From a virus (Duplodnaviria; Caudoviricetes), in the IMG/VR virus record IMGVR_UViG_3300020360_000085, positions 64,001 to 128,000 of that record: a stretch of DNA of 64,000 nt; one strand, 5' to 3'. The translations under genes and the position numbers were made by a program. Shown here piece after piece: positions 29,081 to 40,600 of the stretch (the stretch's first letter is position 1; the number at the start of each line of letters is the position of its first letter). Under the pieces are notes generated by a model that saw only the letters and a program-made list of their open reading frames with translations, did not search any database and was not told where the DNA came from.

Positions 29081-29374
29081 TTAATTTTCCTGCTCTTTTA
29101 TTTTTTCAAGAGCCTCCTTTTCCTCGGCATCTTTCAAGACTTCCTGTCTTGCTCTATATTCGAGAACAACATTTACTTTTTGTTGTAGCCTTATAAGATC
29201 TTGATCAAGCATTCTAAATTGATCAATAACTCTTATAAGTTCCATGTGCATTTTACTAAGTTCTGGTTTTATATCATTGTTGATATATTTCCATACATAG
29301 TAAATAAAATATCCTAATCCAACAACTGCAACCACAGGAAAGCCAAAGTCAGCAACTAATTTTGCTACATCCAT
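29081..29374 (-). CDS. Small single-TM coiled-coil protein
   Basis: ADFGFPVVAVVGLGYFIYYVW TM then heptads; paralog of the next gene. Confidence 0.75.
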   Translation of the reverse strand: MDVAKLVADFGFPVVAVVGLGYFIYYVWKYINNDIKPELSKMHMELIRVIDQFRMLDQDLIRLQQKVNVVLEYRARQEVLKDAEEKEALEKIKEQEN

Positions 29375-29676
29375 TAGTCTCTCCTTGCGTCTACTTTACC
29401 ATCCTCTACGAAATTTTCTGCTCTAGCAACTCTGTCTATATCTGGTCTTAAATCCAAGGCACTACTTACCAATAGATCTATTTTAACCATTTCGTTACTC
29501 ATGACTCGACCTCGAGTCTGAAGGGATTTGCAAAAACCAGTTAGGGTTTTCACTTGGCCAACGACGCCGGCCATTAATTGTTTTATAATTATAAAAATAA
29601 AGGCCCCCATTGCTAATGCTCCAGCAATAGGCAACCCTACTTCTGCAATTAATTGAAATATTTTTTCCATTTGCAC
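29374..29676 (-). CDS. Small single-TM coiled-coil protein
   Basis: AEVGLPIAGALAMGAFIFIII TM; TAATG overlap; first gene after the late box at 29725-29732. Confidence 0.75.
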   Translation of the reverse strand: MQMEKIFQLIAEVGLPIAGALAMGAFIFIIIKQLMAGVVGQVKTLTGFCKSLQTRGRVMSNEMVKIDLLVSSALDLRPDIDRVARAENFVEDGKVDARRD

Positions 29677-29761
29677 ACTCTGTTTGTTTGTTTTTTAGCG
29701 AGTGCTTTACTCACCTACCACATGTATTTATCTTGTTTGCATAAGAAAATTTGCTCATGAA

Positions 29762-29783
29762 AAAAGGAGCCAAGGCTCCTTTT
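29762..29783 (-). terminator. Rho-independent terminator after tail fibre gene
   Basis: aaaaggagcc-aa-ggctcctttt. Confidence 0.85.
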
Positions 29784-29801
29784 CTCTGAATTTGTTTTTT
29801 G

Positions 29802-32800
29802 TTACATCATGTTTACAAGAACTTCAATAACTGCTTCTCCGCCTTCACTAGAACCAATTGCTTTACCAATTATTCTTCCGGCTACTGCATTATTGTCTGC
29901 TTTTGCATGTCCTTTAACACTTGAACTAACCATTAAGTCACCTTTTGCAATAGGTCCTGTAACTTTACAAGGCACTCTTCCACATAATGCTACATAGTGT
30001 CCATCTGCTTCACTGTTCATCATATATGCTGGCTCTGTACTTATAACACCTGCAACTGCATGATGTGAATCATCTTCACATGCTATAACTTCTAGATCTC
30101 CACCAAAGCAAACAACATCGCCTGGTACTAAATCTTCTGGTCCTGAGTATTTCTCAGCCAAGTCCGCATATCTGGCCTGTGTTGCTGTACCTTGGAAAAG
30201 GTTTGCAAAAATATCACCACTACTGTCTCTAGCAACAACTTTACTTGCTGTTGCGGCCGTTGTTGCATCTACGGCTATATCATCTGCATTAACCGTAATG
30301 TACGAACCTGCACCAACATTGACTGTTACTCCACCTGATGATCCACCACCTGTAAGACCTGAACCTGCAGTTACTCCAGTAATATCACCAGTATTAGTTG
30401 TATATCCAAAACTTGTAATCTTGTCATTTACTGCGGCCGCAGTCATTAATACAGTATCTGAATCACTAAATGATTCTGAACCTGTTTGTATTGCGGCATC
30501 ACCAAAGTCACTAACTGCTAAATCAGGCAGTCTAGCACTTGCTAATGTTCCTGAACCAATATTACTTGCATTTGTTGTATCAGTTGTTGCTGAACTGGCC
30601 AAACCACTAACAGCACCACTGGCTATTGCTATATCTGTTGAACCTGCGGCTGTTAATTGACCCTGTGCATTAACTGTAAATGTTGCTACTGCTGATGCAT
30701 TACCATAACTTGCGGCTGTTACACCTGTGTTAGTAATACTAATAGCACCTGAACTTGATGTAATACCTGTAGATCCTGTAATAAGTGCTTGTACTTCACT
30801 GTTTGAAACTGCTACTGCATCTGCGGCTACGTCTATACCATAACCAGCAATAACATTAAGTGTAACTGCTCCAGAAGTTCCGCCACCTGTCATACCAGTA
30901 CCTGCTGTTACTGACTCTATATCACCTGCATCGTTTGTAAAACTAAATACACCTGTTGAACTATTATAACTTAAATCTCCACTAGCACTTACGGCCGCTC
31001 TGGCTCTTGCATCAGTAAAGTATAAATTAGTTGAACCTTCTGTTATTTCATCTGAGTTGTCTTTTGTTGCAATTTGAGCCGCGATATAGGCCTTAACTGA
31101 TTGCTGTGATGGTGCTCTTGTGGCACTATCTGTACCAAAGCCATCTTCATCAATAATATTATTTGCTATTCTGGCGTCTGCTCTAGCATCTGTATAGTAC
31201 AATGCTGAAGAATGTTCTGTTACATCTTCTGTTGTAATACTTGCATTAATGTAAGCATCTACTCTGGCATTTGTATAATATAAGTTTGTGCCTTCTGCAA
31301 GGTCTGAAGTGCTTGATGATAAATTAACATAAGTGGAACCATCGTTTGTAAATTGCCATTTATCAGATGTTTCGTTATATTGGAAAAATACATCATCACT
31401 TGAACCTCTGTTTACTTGTAAACCAGCATTTTCAGTAGGGGAGCCTGAAGCGTCACTGTTTAGTACCATAAGGTTATCTGCAATACTTAATGATGTTGTA
31501 TTAACAATAGTTTGTGTACCTGAAACTGTTAGGTTTCCGCTTACTACAACGTCTGCAAATGTTACATCACTTGAAGTAGCAACTGCCTGTCCTATTGCAA
31601 TTTCTCCTGAACTCACTGTAACACCTGTACCACCAGTTACTCTGGCATCTATGGCACTATTTGCTCTTGCTACAGTATAATATAAATTAGTCTGTTCTGG
31701 TACATCTGCTGTACTAACCTGATTAGTGCCTGTTCCAAAATCAATATGAGTATCATCTATACCGTCAGCCTTTAGGGTAACTGCGCCTGATGATACTGTA
31801 AAATGATCACTACTAAAAGAAGCAATACCTTTATTGGAATCTGTTGCATCTTCACCTGATACAACACCGGAAGATACATCTATACCTTCTCCTGCTGTTA
31901 TTAATGCCTGTACTTCACTATTTGTTAATTCTATATCATTTGCATTTGCAGTAATACCATAACCGCCCACAACGGTTACTGTAACTGTACCTGAAGTACC
32001 GCCACCAGTTAAACCGTCTCCGGCTGTAACACCTTCTATGTCACCTGCGTCATTAGTAAAACTAAATGCACCTGTACTACTGTTATAACTTAGGTCTCCA
32101 CCAGCACTAAAAAGTCCTCTAATTACTGAACTTGCTATGCCTAATGTTCCTGAACTTGCTGTTAAGTTAGTTCCAGCCATTCCTGAAACTAAATCAGCGA
32201 TACTTTCTTTCTTTGAACTATTATCACTTGCGTCTATGATTGGTATGCTGTCTGCATCTACGGCTACTGCGGCCGCACTTAATTCATTTAAGTCTAGTGC
32301 TAATGATACTGCACCACTTGAACCACCGCCACTAAGTCCGTCACCTGCTGTAACGGCACTAATGTCACCTGTTTCTGAAATACTTAAAACACCATTTGTT
32401 GCATCTAGTCCTGATCCTGCCATAAATGTTGCTAAAGCATCTACTGTTGTTCTTTGTTCTGTAGAGCCGTCTGAGTCTAGAGTTGCAAATGAATCTCCTG
32501 TTGCTGGAGTAACTGCGGAAAATTCTGAAAAGTCTACTGCTAGGGTAACAGTACCAGAAGTACCTCCTCCACTAAGTCCTACACCTGCAGTAACACCTTC
32601 TATGTCACCTGCGTCGTTTGTAAAACTGAATGCACCAGAAGTACTATTATATGACAAGTCTCCACTTGCACTAAATAATCCTCTAACTTCTGAATTACTT
32701 AATTCTATATCATTTGCATTTGCTGTAATACCATATCCACCAACTACGTTAAGTGTTGCGTCTCCATCTGTAGCACCACCGGTTAAACCTGCACCTGCTA

Positions 32801-32993
32801 CAATGGCTGTAATATCACCATCACCTAATGATGTAATTTCAGAATATTTTGCTAGTCTATGTCCACCTGCTGTTGATCCGTCATGAACTCTGACAGTATT
32901 GTTCGTTGTATCGATCGTAATCTCACCAGCCAGTCCAGTAAATGAACCATGTTGGGTGGCGGTACCACGTCTCCTTTGAATTGCTGTTGCCAT
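29802..32993 (-). CDS. Tail fibre-like protein with Gly/Thr repeats
   Basis: QRRRGT...GEITIDT...RVHDG N-domain; repeats [17 protein letters not shown]; C-terminal [10 protein letters not shown]...[11 protein letters not shown] domain. Confidence 0.8.
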   Translation of the reverse strand: MATAIQRRRGTATQHGSFTGLAGEITIDTTNNTVRVHDGSTAGGHRLAKYSEITSLGDGDITAIVAGAGLTGGATDGDATLNVVGGYGITANANDIELSNSEVRGLFSASGDLSYNSTSGAFSFTNDAGDIEGVTAGVGLSGGGTSGTVTLAVDFSEFSAVTPATGDSFATLDSDGSTEQRTTVDALATFMAGSGLDATNGVLSISETGDISAVTAGDGLSGGGSSGAVSLALDLNELSAAAVAVDADSIPIIDASDNSSKKESIADLVSGMAGTNLTASSGTLGIASSVIRGLFSAGGDLSYNSSTGAFSFTNDAGDIEGVTAGDGLTGGGTSGTVTVTVVGGYGITANANDIELTNSEVQALITAGEGIDVSSGVVSGEDATDSNKGIASFSSDHFTVSSGAVTLKADGIDDTHIDFGTGTNQVSTADVPEQTNLYYTVARANSAIDARVTGGTGVTVSSGEIAIGQAVATSSDVTFADVVVSGNLTVSGTQTIVNTTSLSIADNLMVLNSDASGSPTENAGLQVNRGSSDDVFFQYNETSDKWQFTNDGSTYVNLSSSTSDLAEGTNLYYTNARVDAYINASITTEDVTEHSSALYYTDARADARIANNIIDEDGFGTDSATRAPSQQSVKAYIAAQIATKDNSDEITEGSTNLYFTDARARAAVSASGDLSYNSSTGVFSFTNDAGDIESVTAGTGMTGGGTSGAVTLNVIAGYGIDVAADAVAVSNSEVQALITGSTGITSSSGAISITNTGVTAASYGNASAVATFTVNAQGQLTAAGSTDIAIASGAVSGLASSATTDTTNASNIGSGTLASARLPDLAVSDFGDAAIQTGSESFSDSDTVLMTAAAVNDKITSFGYTTNTGDITGVTAGSGLTGGGSSGGVTVNVGAGSYITVNADDIAVDATTAATASKVVARDSSGDIFANLFQGTATQARYADLAEKYSGPEDLVPGDVVCFGGDLEVIACEDDSHHAVAGVISTEPAYMMNSEADGHYVALCGRVPCKVTGPIAKGDLMVSSSVKGHAKADNNAVAGRIIGKAIGSSEGGEAVIEVLVNMM

Positions 32994-33045
32994 TTTATTC
33001 CCCTAAATTAATAATAAAGCAATAATCTTTAATTGTATTTATCAT

Positions 33046-34416
33046 TTATCTTAATATCCAATGTTCTAACTCACTATTAATATTTCTTATTTTGAGCCAT
33101 CTTTCGTTTGCATATTGTCCTTTATACATAGCAACTGAACCTATCATTGCTACTCTTGTCCATCCTCTGTCTAAACGGTTAATATACTCTTGTTCAAGTT
33201 CATATCTTTCATAAAATTTACAAACTTCTATTTGTGAACCGTCCTCTAATGTTTCATAAATTGTTGCACTTTCTGGAAGTGCAAAAGTAGGATCTAAACT
33301 ATCAACATAATAACTGTGAAGTTTTCCTTCGTGGTCTGTCCATTCAACTACTTCTGTATTTTCCTTGACTGGATTACCATCTTCTCCTAATTTGTATTTT
33401 TCCTTCCAGGCATTCCAACCTGCATTACCTACTATTGCAGAATGTTGTACTACTACACCTACAACGTTTTCGTTACTGTCTGCAATATGTAATTTACCCT
33501 CTGTGTCTAGTGTAACAGCAACACCATATCTGTTTTCATTTTTAGTGTTACCGTCTGCCCATTCATATATTTCTGCGTAGGCTGTATGGTTACTTAAATA
33601 ACCTGTCTCAGTAAATACTGAGCCTTCTCCATCTATCCTAAATACATCTAATCCTCCAGGATCATTATTGTATTCATTATATACTTGAGCATTTAAAAAA
33701 TTAAAACTGCGCCTTGGTGCAGAACCACTTTGTAAATTTAAAAAGTTGCCCTCATAATGTTTGCTAGGTGCAAAACTATTAATCATATCTCCATGACATT
33801 GGGTACCTTTTATATATACTTTGCTTAATCTTTTATCCTCTACATCTCCAAAAATAAGTCTGCCATCACTTGTAATATTAAAACCTTGTCTGTTTTGTCT
33901 GCTTATTGCTCTTAAACTAAAAGTTTTTTCGTCGTCGCCATCGCCCTCTACAATTAATCCTCTAGTGCTGTTTAATCCACTAGATGGAATAGGTGCTTCA
34001 CTAGGATAATTGGATCTAATGTGTACACTTCCAGGACCATATGCCTTAGGTGCCCTTAAACCTATACCTATTGCTCCAGATCTATTAATAGTAAAATAAC
34101 TTTTACCTTCTGATGCTATTAAAAATCCATCAAGTTCTGAAGACAGTCTAAAATTTTTTTCACCTGTTAAATTTAATTCTGCTCTTTCCCATTTTAATTC
34201 TTTTGGAATAGATACATTTTTTATTTCTTTTAAACCTTGCTGTAATTTTTTTTCAATGTTTTTTTCTATGCTACTAATATCTACATCACTTTCAGAATTA
34301 TCAAATTCTATATTTAATAATGCTTCTTCCAGTTGCTTTTGAACCTCTTGCTTTACAAGTTGTTTTAGTGTTGGTTCTTTCTTTTTAGTAGTCTGTGTCT
34401 TTTTTGCTCTTGGCAT
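33046..34416 (-). CDS. Virion protein with peptidase G2-like autocleavage/chaperone domain
   Basis: YAEIYEWADGN, RYGVAVTL, VVGVV, YINRLDR.W..V..IG. Confidence 0.65.
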   Translation of the reverse strand: MPRAKKTQTTKKKEPTLKQLVKQEVQKQLEEALLNIEFDNSESDVDISSIEKNIEKKLQQGLKEIKNVSIPKELKWERAELNLTGEKNFRLSSELDGFLIASEGKSYFTINRSGAIGIGLRAPKAYGPGSVHIRSNYPSEAPIPSSGLNSTRGLIVEGDGDDEKTFSLRAISRQNRQGFNITSDGRLIFGDVEDKRLSKVYIKGTQCHGDMINSFAPSKHYEGNFLNLQSGSAPRRSFNFLNAQVYNEYNNDPGGLDVFRIDGEGSVFTETGYLSNHTAYAEIYEWADGNTKNENRYGVAVTLDTEGKLHIADSNENVVGVVVQHSAIVGNAGWNAWKEKYKLGEDGNPVKENTEVVEWTDHEGKLHSYYVDSLDPTFALPESATIYETLEDGSQIEVCKFYERYELEQEYINRLDRGWTRVAMIGSVAMYKGQYANERWLKIRNINSELEHWILR

Positions 34417-34423
34417 TTTTTAC

Positions 34424-35626
34424 CTAACTAATAACTGCTCTGTCTTGTACTCTTCTCCAATTGGAGCCATCATAAAAAGCCATTGTGGCACCACCTGTTT
34501 CATCACTTACAAATATCATATCACCAGCACTCATACCTGTGATACTACCTGCTTCACTAACAGTATAACTGTCGTGTGCTGTAGGCATTCTGTCATCTGT
34601 TGTAATAGGACCATAATCTACTGTTGTATTTGCGGCCTGTGTAACAAGTCCATAATCTTCTATATGACTAAAAACACCTGTTACGTCTAAATTTGTTACT
34701 GTTAAAGTATTATCAGATTTATCAAAAGTAAAATCTGAATCTCCTGCTAAATCTCCACTGTCATTAAACTGTACCTGCGTATTACTACCACTTGCAGGTA
34801 TGGCACCAAAACTAATTGTACCTGAGCCGTCTGTTTTTAATACTTGATTAGCAGAACCGTCTGCTGATGGTAAACTGTATTCACTGTTTACGTTTACTGT
34901 ACCTGTTACAGTTATACCTGTGGAACTTGTTGCCAATTTTTCACTATTGTTATGATATAATGTTTGAGCACCGCCTGAACTGAATACTGCTGACGTTTTA
35001 CTTCCTGCGGCATTAGTAATTGTTACTGTTCCTGATCTTACTCTTAAAGATCCAGTTCCAGCATCATCTATATAACTGTTATTTCCATCGTGATATATTT
35101 CTAAATCGCCGCCTGTACCAAATTTTGCTTTTACATTATCTGAATAAAGGACTTCATTACCTTCTATTTTAAAAACTTCTGATGTGTTATTAGCATTGTA
35201 AATTTTAAATATTGGATCACTACCACTACTGTTATCTCGTACTCTTAATTGTGTAGCCGTTCCATTTGCATGATGTACATCTAAGTAAGCACCTGCAAAT
35301 TGTAGACTAGGATTAGTGCCTAATCTTAAATTTCCATTTACAAATAATTTTTCGTTGCTCGAGGTCGAGCCAACGGAGACTGTGTCGTTAGAGGAATCAA
35401 CAAATAATGTTCCACTGTCGACATTCAATTCTGGCAAGGTACTTCCTATATTTTGCCAACTACTACCATTATAGACTTTAACCGTTGAATTAGAACTGTC
35501 TAAGAACAAGTCACCCGCAGATTGGTCGCTAGATGGCTCTGTACCGGTACTTAATTTATTACCCGTACTTTTACCGATCTTAAAATCAGATTGCGTGGTA
35601 CCTTTAAAATTTCCAAAAATTGCCAT
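34424..35626 (-). CDS. Tail fibre/adhesin-like virion protein
   Basis: S/T/G-rich beta repeats, GTGGDLEIYHDG, terminal GDMIFVSDETGGATMAFYDGSNWRR. Confidence 0.65.
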   Translation of the reverse strand: MAIFGNFKGTTQSDFKIGKSTGNKLSTGTEPSSDQSAGDLFLDSSNSTVKVYNGSSWQNIGSTLPELNVDSGTLFVDSSNDTVSVGSTSSNEKLFVNGNLRLGTNPSLQFAGAYLDVHHANGTATQLRVRDNSSGSDPIFKIYNANNTSEVFKIEGNEVLYSDNVKAKFGTGGDLEIYHDGNNSYIDDAGTGSLRVRSGTVTITNAAGSKTSAVFSSGGAQTLYHNNSEKLATSSTGITVTGTVNVNSEYSLPSADGSANQVLKTDGSGTISFGAIPASGSNTQVQFNDSGDLAGDSDFTFDKSDNTLTVTNLDVTGVFSHIEDYGLVTQAANTTVDYGPITTDDRMPTAHDSYTVSEAGSITGMSAGDMIFVSDETGGATMAFYDGSNWRRVQDRAVIS

Positions 35627-35713
35627 TCTTTTTTCCGTTCAGTTCAGTAATTGTAAAACTACTGTCTGTGTCAACTGTCGACACAGTCTTCCCGTTCAAT
35701 ACTATTTATCTTT

Positions 35714-36790
35714 TTAACTAGTTTTAAGTGGCTTAGATAATTCTTCCCAACTGGTCTCGTAATCACTGTCACCATCTGCGTAACCCATTACACCTAGTTT
35801 TTCATATTCAGGTATAAGTTCGTCTCTAAGTAGTCCTATCTTTTTAAGGTTGGGCATTATTCTGCTGAATAACACATCTTGAAATTGTGTTTGAAATATA
35901 TTCTCTTTTTGATATTCGTCTGTAAACTCTATATCCATACCATATTTTTCCCAAACATCGTATGCTCTTAATCTGTTTCTGCTTACAGTACATGCCTCTA
36001 AGGCAAATTGTGCTCTGTCTATCTGTTCTTCTTGTGTAAGTGTTTGTACATAATCTGTTAGGTAGTTTATACCAAATGTAACATGTCTGGCTTCGTCTCT
36101 GATAATGTAATCCAGCATTTGATATAACACAGGATCTTTTGTTGCATTTTTTGTAGCATTAAAGGCCGCAAGTGCTAGTCCTTCTATAACAACTTGCATA
36201 CCAATAAATTTTAAGTCCCAACGTGGATCTGTAAGTATTTTATCCAGTAATCCTTTTAGGGCTCTGCCTATGGGCCAAGTACGTTGTATTCTGGTTTGTA
36301 AATATTTGTTAAATGCTTCTACATGTCTGGCTTCGTCAAATGTCTGACTTGCCGCATACAGTTTAGCATTAAATGTAGGCGCACAACTGGCCAACTGACT
36401 TGCTACCAATAAAGCACCTTGTTCGCCATGTAAAAACTGACTGAGTGCCCAACTGTTTAAATCTGTAAGAAACTCCATTCTGGTTTCTTTATCCATTTTG
36501 TTGAACACAGGATGGTTATCCCATTGAGTATTTTCAAATTCAAACTCTTCTGGGTCCATGCCTTTGTATTCTGGAGACCAATCTACATCAACTTCCACAT
36601 TCCAGTTTAGTTTTTTACCTAGTTCATATAATTTTTTGATACGATTATCCTGAACTGTATAGTCCCAATTATAACTTCCTGTGAGGGGGGTTTCGAAAAT
36701 TTCTACGACATCTGTGGGTTCTAGATTGGCAGGATATTCACCATCATGTAACGTGATGTCTCGAGGAGTATCAGTCCTGAGAACTTTCAT
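35714..36790 (-). CDS. Ferritin-like di-iron enzyme (AurF/N-oxygenase-like)
   Basis: HGEQGAL, DEARH, IEGLAL, DEARH: two ExxH di-iron motifs. Confidence 0.75.
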   Translation of the reverse strand: MKVLRTDTPRDITLHDGEYPANLEPTDVVEIFETPLTGSYNWDYTVQDNRIKKLYELGKKLNWNVEVDVDWSPEYKGMDPEEFEFENTQWDNHPVFNKMDKETRMEFLTDLNSWALSQFLHGEQGALLVASQLASCAPTFNAKLYAASQTFDEARHVEAFNKYLQTRIQRTWPIGRALKGLLDKILTDPRWDLKFIGMQVVIEGLALAAFNATKNATKDPVLYQMLDYIIRDEARHVTFGINYLTDYVQTLTQEEQIDRAQFALEACTVSRNRLRAYDVWEKYGMDIEFTDEYQKENIFQTQFQDVLFSRIMPNLKKIGLLRDELIPEYEKLGVMGYADGDSDYETSWEELSKPLKTS

Positions 36791-36795
36791 GTGGG

Positions 36796-37620
36796 TTATC
36801 TACCTGATTTTTGACTGTTTTTGAGTTTTTCTATAGTTGCCATTACCATAGCATCTGCAGTTTTACCGTCGCCAGTTGGAGATCCAAAATTACCACCAAA
36901 TGCACCTTGTTGAGGATTGTCCATACCAGCAACTATACGATTTAATCTTTGTTCATTTTTTCTAATAAAGAATAACATATATGCTTCAAAGTCCCCGCCT
37001 TTCTGACCTAAAATTTTACCTTGTTTTTGTGCGGCATTTTCGGTTTCTCTTTTTGGTTTACCAAACTTTTCTCTTTCTGCTTCAATTTGTCCTAGTAAAT
37101 TATTATATAGTGCTACTTCTTTTTCAACTGCGTCATAATGCATTTTAGCATCTTTTAAAATAATATTTTGTAGATTTTTATCTATTCCTGGCATATTTTT
37201 AGTAATTGTAGTGTAATCATTTCGTGCAAAAGCGGATTGTCCTGACATATTACTACCAAAACTATTCCTTGAATAAGCCATTGCTTGAAAACCAAAAGCA
37301 TTTGGATATTTTGCCTGTACTTGATTAGCATGATTTTGATCAATCTGCTGTGCCTGAGGAGCATTTGCGTCTGCACCAGGATCTGCACTTACTGGTTCGT
37401 CAGCCATTGCTTGGCCTCCCATTGCCATAGCACCTGCTAATCCTAGTCCCATAGCACCTTTTTTAATTTTATCCACCATGCCAGGTGCTTCATACAACTC
37501 TGCTTCACTGATTATGCTGTTGTACTCTTCCTGAGTTTCTGCAACTTTAAGACGATCTAGATAAGAATTAATTTGTGCTTCTTCTACTAGGTTTATTAGA
37601 TTTCTCATTTCATTTGACAT
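36796..37620 (-). CDS. Hypothetical late protein
   Basis: 274-aa ORF; GATAAATA box 5 nt upstream. Confidence 0.7.
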   Translation of the reverse strand: MSNEMRNLINLVEEAQINSYLDRLKVAETQEEYNSIISEAELYEAPGMVDKIKKGAMGLGLAGAMAMGGQAMADEPVSADPGADANAPQAQQIDQNHANQVQAKYPNAFGFQAMAYSRNSFGSNMSGQSAFARNDYTTITKNMPGIDKNLQNIILKDAKMHYDAVEKEVALYNNLLGQIEAEREKFGKPKRETENAAQKQGKILGQKGGDFEAYMLFFIRKNEQRLNRIVAGMDNPQQGAFGGNFGSPTGDGKTADAMVMATIEKLKNSQKSGR

Positions 37621-37647
37621 AATGTTATTTATCCTTTTCCGACCATT

Positions 37648-40600
37648 TTATACTATTATTTCTACCAGTCCTGGAGCCGCTTCTGTTTTATGTTCTAATG
37701 CTCTACCAACAATTTGTAATGGACTTAACTTGTTTGGTGCTAATGCCACCATGGCATGTCCTGGTACATCACTTGTTATAAGTACATCACCTTTCTTACA
37801 TGTACCTGCAACTTTACATGGTATTCTTCCACGTAATGCTATTGCTACACCATCTGCCTCTGAATTCATTAAATATGCAGGATCTGTACTTACAACTCCT
37901 GCTACTGCATAACTGCCTGCATCGTCTGTTACGGTAACTTCTTTATCTCCACCAATTACTAAAACAGTACCTGGTTCATACTCTGCGTCTGCTTCATACT
38001 TCTCAGCCAAGTCAGCATATCTGGCCTGTGTTGCTGTACCCACAAAGAAGTTTGCATCAACATTTCCACTAAAGTCTGCTGATGTCATACCTGTTAATGC
38101 TGTATCTAAATTTACTGTTGCACTACCACTAGTTGCACCACCATTTAAATTTGTTCCTGCCACAACTGCTGTGATATCACCTACATTTGTAGTAAAGCCT
38201 GAATCGTTATCGAAATTACTTATTTTTATTTCACTTGCGGCTTTTCTGCTTTCAGTAGTTCCATTTTGTAAAATAAACTCTGTAGTGCCTGAAATATCTC
38301 CTGTCATGTCTGTAAGTTCACTGAAGTCAAGTGCTAAACTAACTGTACCTGAAGTACCACCGCCACTAAGTCCTACACCTGCTGTAACTCCTTCTATGTC
38401 ACCAGCATCGTTAGTAAAACTAAACACACCAGTACTAGAATTGTAACTGATATCTCCACTAGCACTAAACAACCCTCTTACGTCTGCATTTGCTAGTGCT
38501 AAACTTACTGTGCCTGAAGTACCGCCTCCACTTAATCCAAACCCTGCTGTAACACCTTCTATGTCACCTGCGTCATTTGTAAAACTGAAAACACCAGTAC
38601 TGGAATTGTAACTAATATCTCCACTTGCACTAAACAATGCTCTTACTTGTGAATTACTTAATTCTATATCAGTACTGTTTGCTGTAAGTCCATATCCAGC
38701 ACCTACATTAAGTGTTACTGCACCACTTACACCGCCACCTGTTAAACCATCTCCGGCTGTAACGGCTGATATATCTGCATCACTGTCTGTTGCAATAGTA
38801 ATTGTGCTACCACTATGTGTAACATCTATTCCTGATCCTGCTGTAAATGTCAGTAAACCACCACTTGTTATAGCCTGGTTACCAGCACTATCTGTTGTGA
38901 ATTGCCAGTTAGCAAAGTTATCTGCTGTTGTTGATATAACACCTGTGCTATTATCATAACTAATTAATCCTGTGCCACTTATTGCTCCTCTGTACTGAGT
39001 ATTACCTGGGCCTGTGTATGTAAATACACCATTATTATTATCATAACTTAAACTGCCATCTCCACTGCTACTAACAGAAAAGTGTGTTCTTATTGCTGGA
39101 ATATTTGCATCTATTGTTAATGCTGTTCCGCCATCTGTAATTAAAACATTACTACCTGCTTCTAAACCTTTTACAGCATGGAATGTGTCTGAACCTACAG
39201 TTCGTTGTCCTGCATAAAGTTCAAATGTACTAGTACCTGTTGTACCAGTATTTGTATAACTTAAACTACTATTGGCTTCTTCTACTGAGCCAACACTACT
39301 TGTTGGTGTAATTTGTTTTTTAGCACCATTTACATATACCCAGGCTTCATTACTGTCTGTAAATATTGCATTCTCTACTGCTACATCTGTTGTAGGTATT
39401 AATAAATTACCTGTAAATGTTTTTTGTCCTGCTAAACTTTGATTGCCTGTTGTTCTTATAACAGTATTATCAACATCAATAGTACCACTTGCATAAGTTA
39501 TACCATCGCCTCCATTTAAATAGGCATCCATGGCCGCATTAGAGGCCGCATCAAAATCTGTTATTTGAGAATGTGGTATTGCAATAGTTGAATTTGTTGC
39601 ACTTGTAATTTGTCCTTGTGCATTAATGGCAATTTGTGGGATTACTACTGGACTTCCATAAGTTGCGGCACTTACACCTGTATTTGTAATACTGATAGCA
39701 CCACTACTAAATGTTATTCCTGTTCCGCCACTAAAGTCTGAAAACAGTAACATATTTTCATCTGAACCTGCATTATTAAATTGCCATCTGTCTGCTGTAT
39801 CGTTCCATTTTAAATATCTTGTTCCACTAGAACGTACAACGTTTATATGTGCATCGCCATCGCTTACTGCACCTGATCTTAATGTTATGTTTGTATCTTC
39901 TACAAATAAATCCACCTGTGTAGCAGAGTTAATATTTGCTGTAACATTCAAGTTACCTTGTATTTCAACATCACTTGTAAATGTTTTAGCACCACTAATA
40001 CTTTGAGTATTGTCTGTTAATACTATATTTGTATTATTTCCTATTGCAATATTGGACTGTGCTTGTATTTCTGCATTAGTTGTTTCTATGACACCAGTAC
40101 CACTTGTATAAGTTATACCATATCCACCTGAAAAATGTGCTCGTACATTTGCGGCAGAATTATCTATTCTTGCTTGTACTTCTGCTAAATTAGGTCCTGT
40201 GTAAGTTACTACACCAGTGCTTGAATTGTATGACAGTGATCCGTCACCACCAGAATCAGTAACACTGATTTGATTTTTTATAAATGCTGTATTTACTTCT
40301 ACGTTATTTGCATTTACTAATATGCCAGGTCCTGCAACTACATCTACTGTTCTTGTTGCTGTAATATCACCACCGCCTGTAAGTCCAGCACCTGCAGTAA
40401 TCGTTACTGCACTATGGTCAACATGTTCGTTTGCAACAAAATTTGTTAATGCATCATGATCAATATTTACATTACTTGCACTTGTTATTCTACCTTTGCT
40501 GTTTACAGTAAATTGGCCTACTTCGTTTGCATCTCCGTAAACTCCTGCAGTAACTCCTGTTACAGTTAAATTACCTTCTAGGTTTACTGTATTACCTGAT

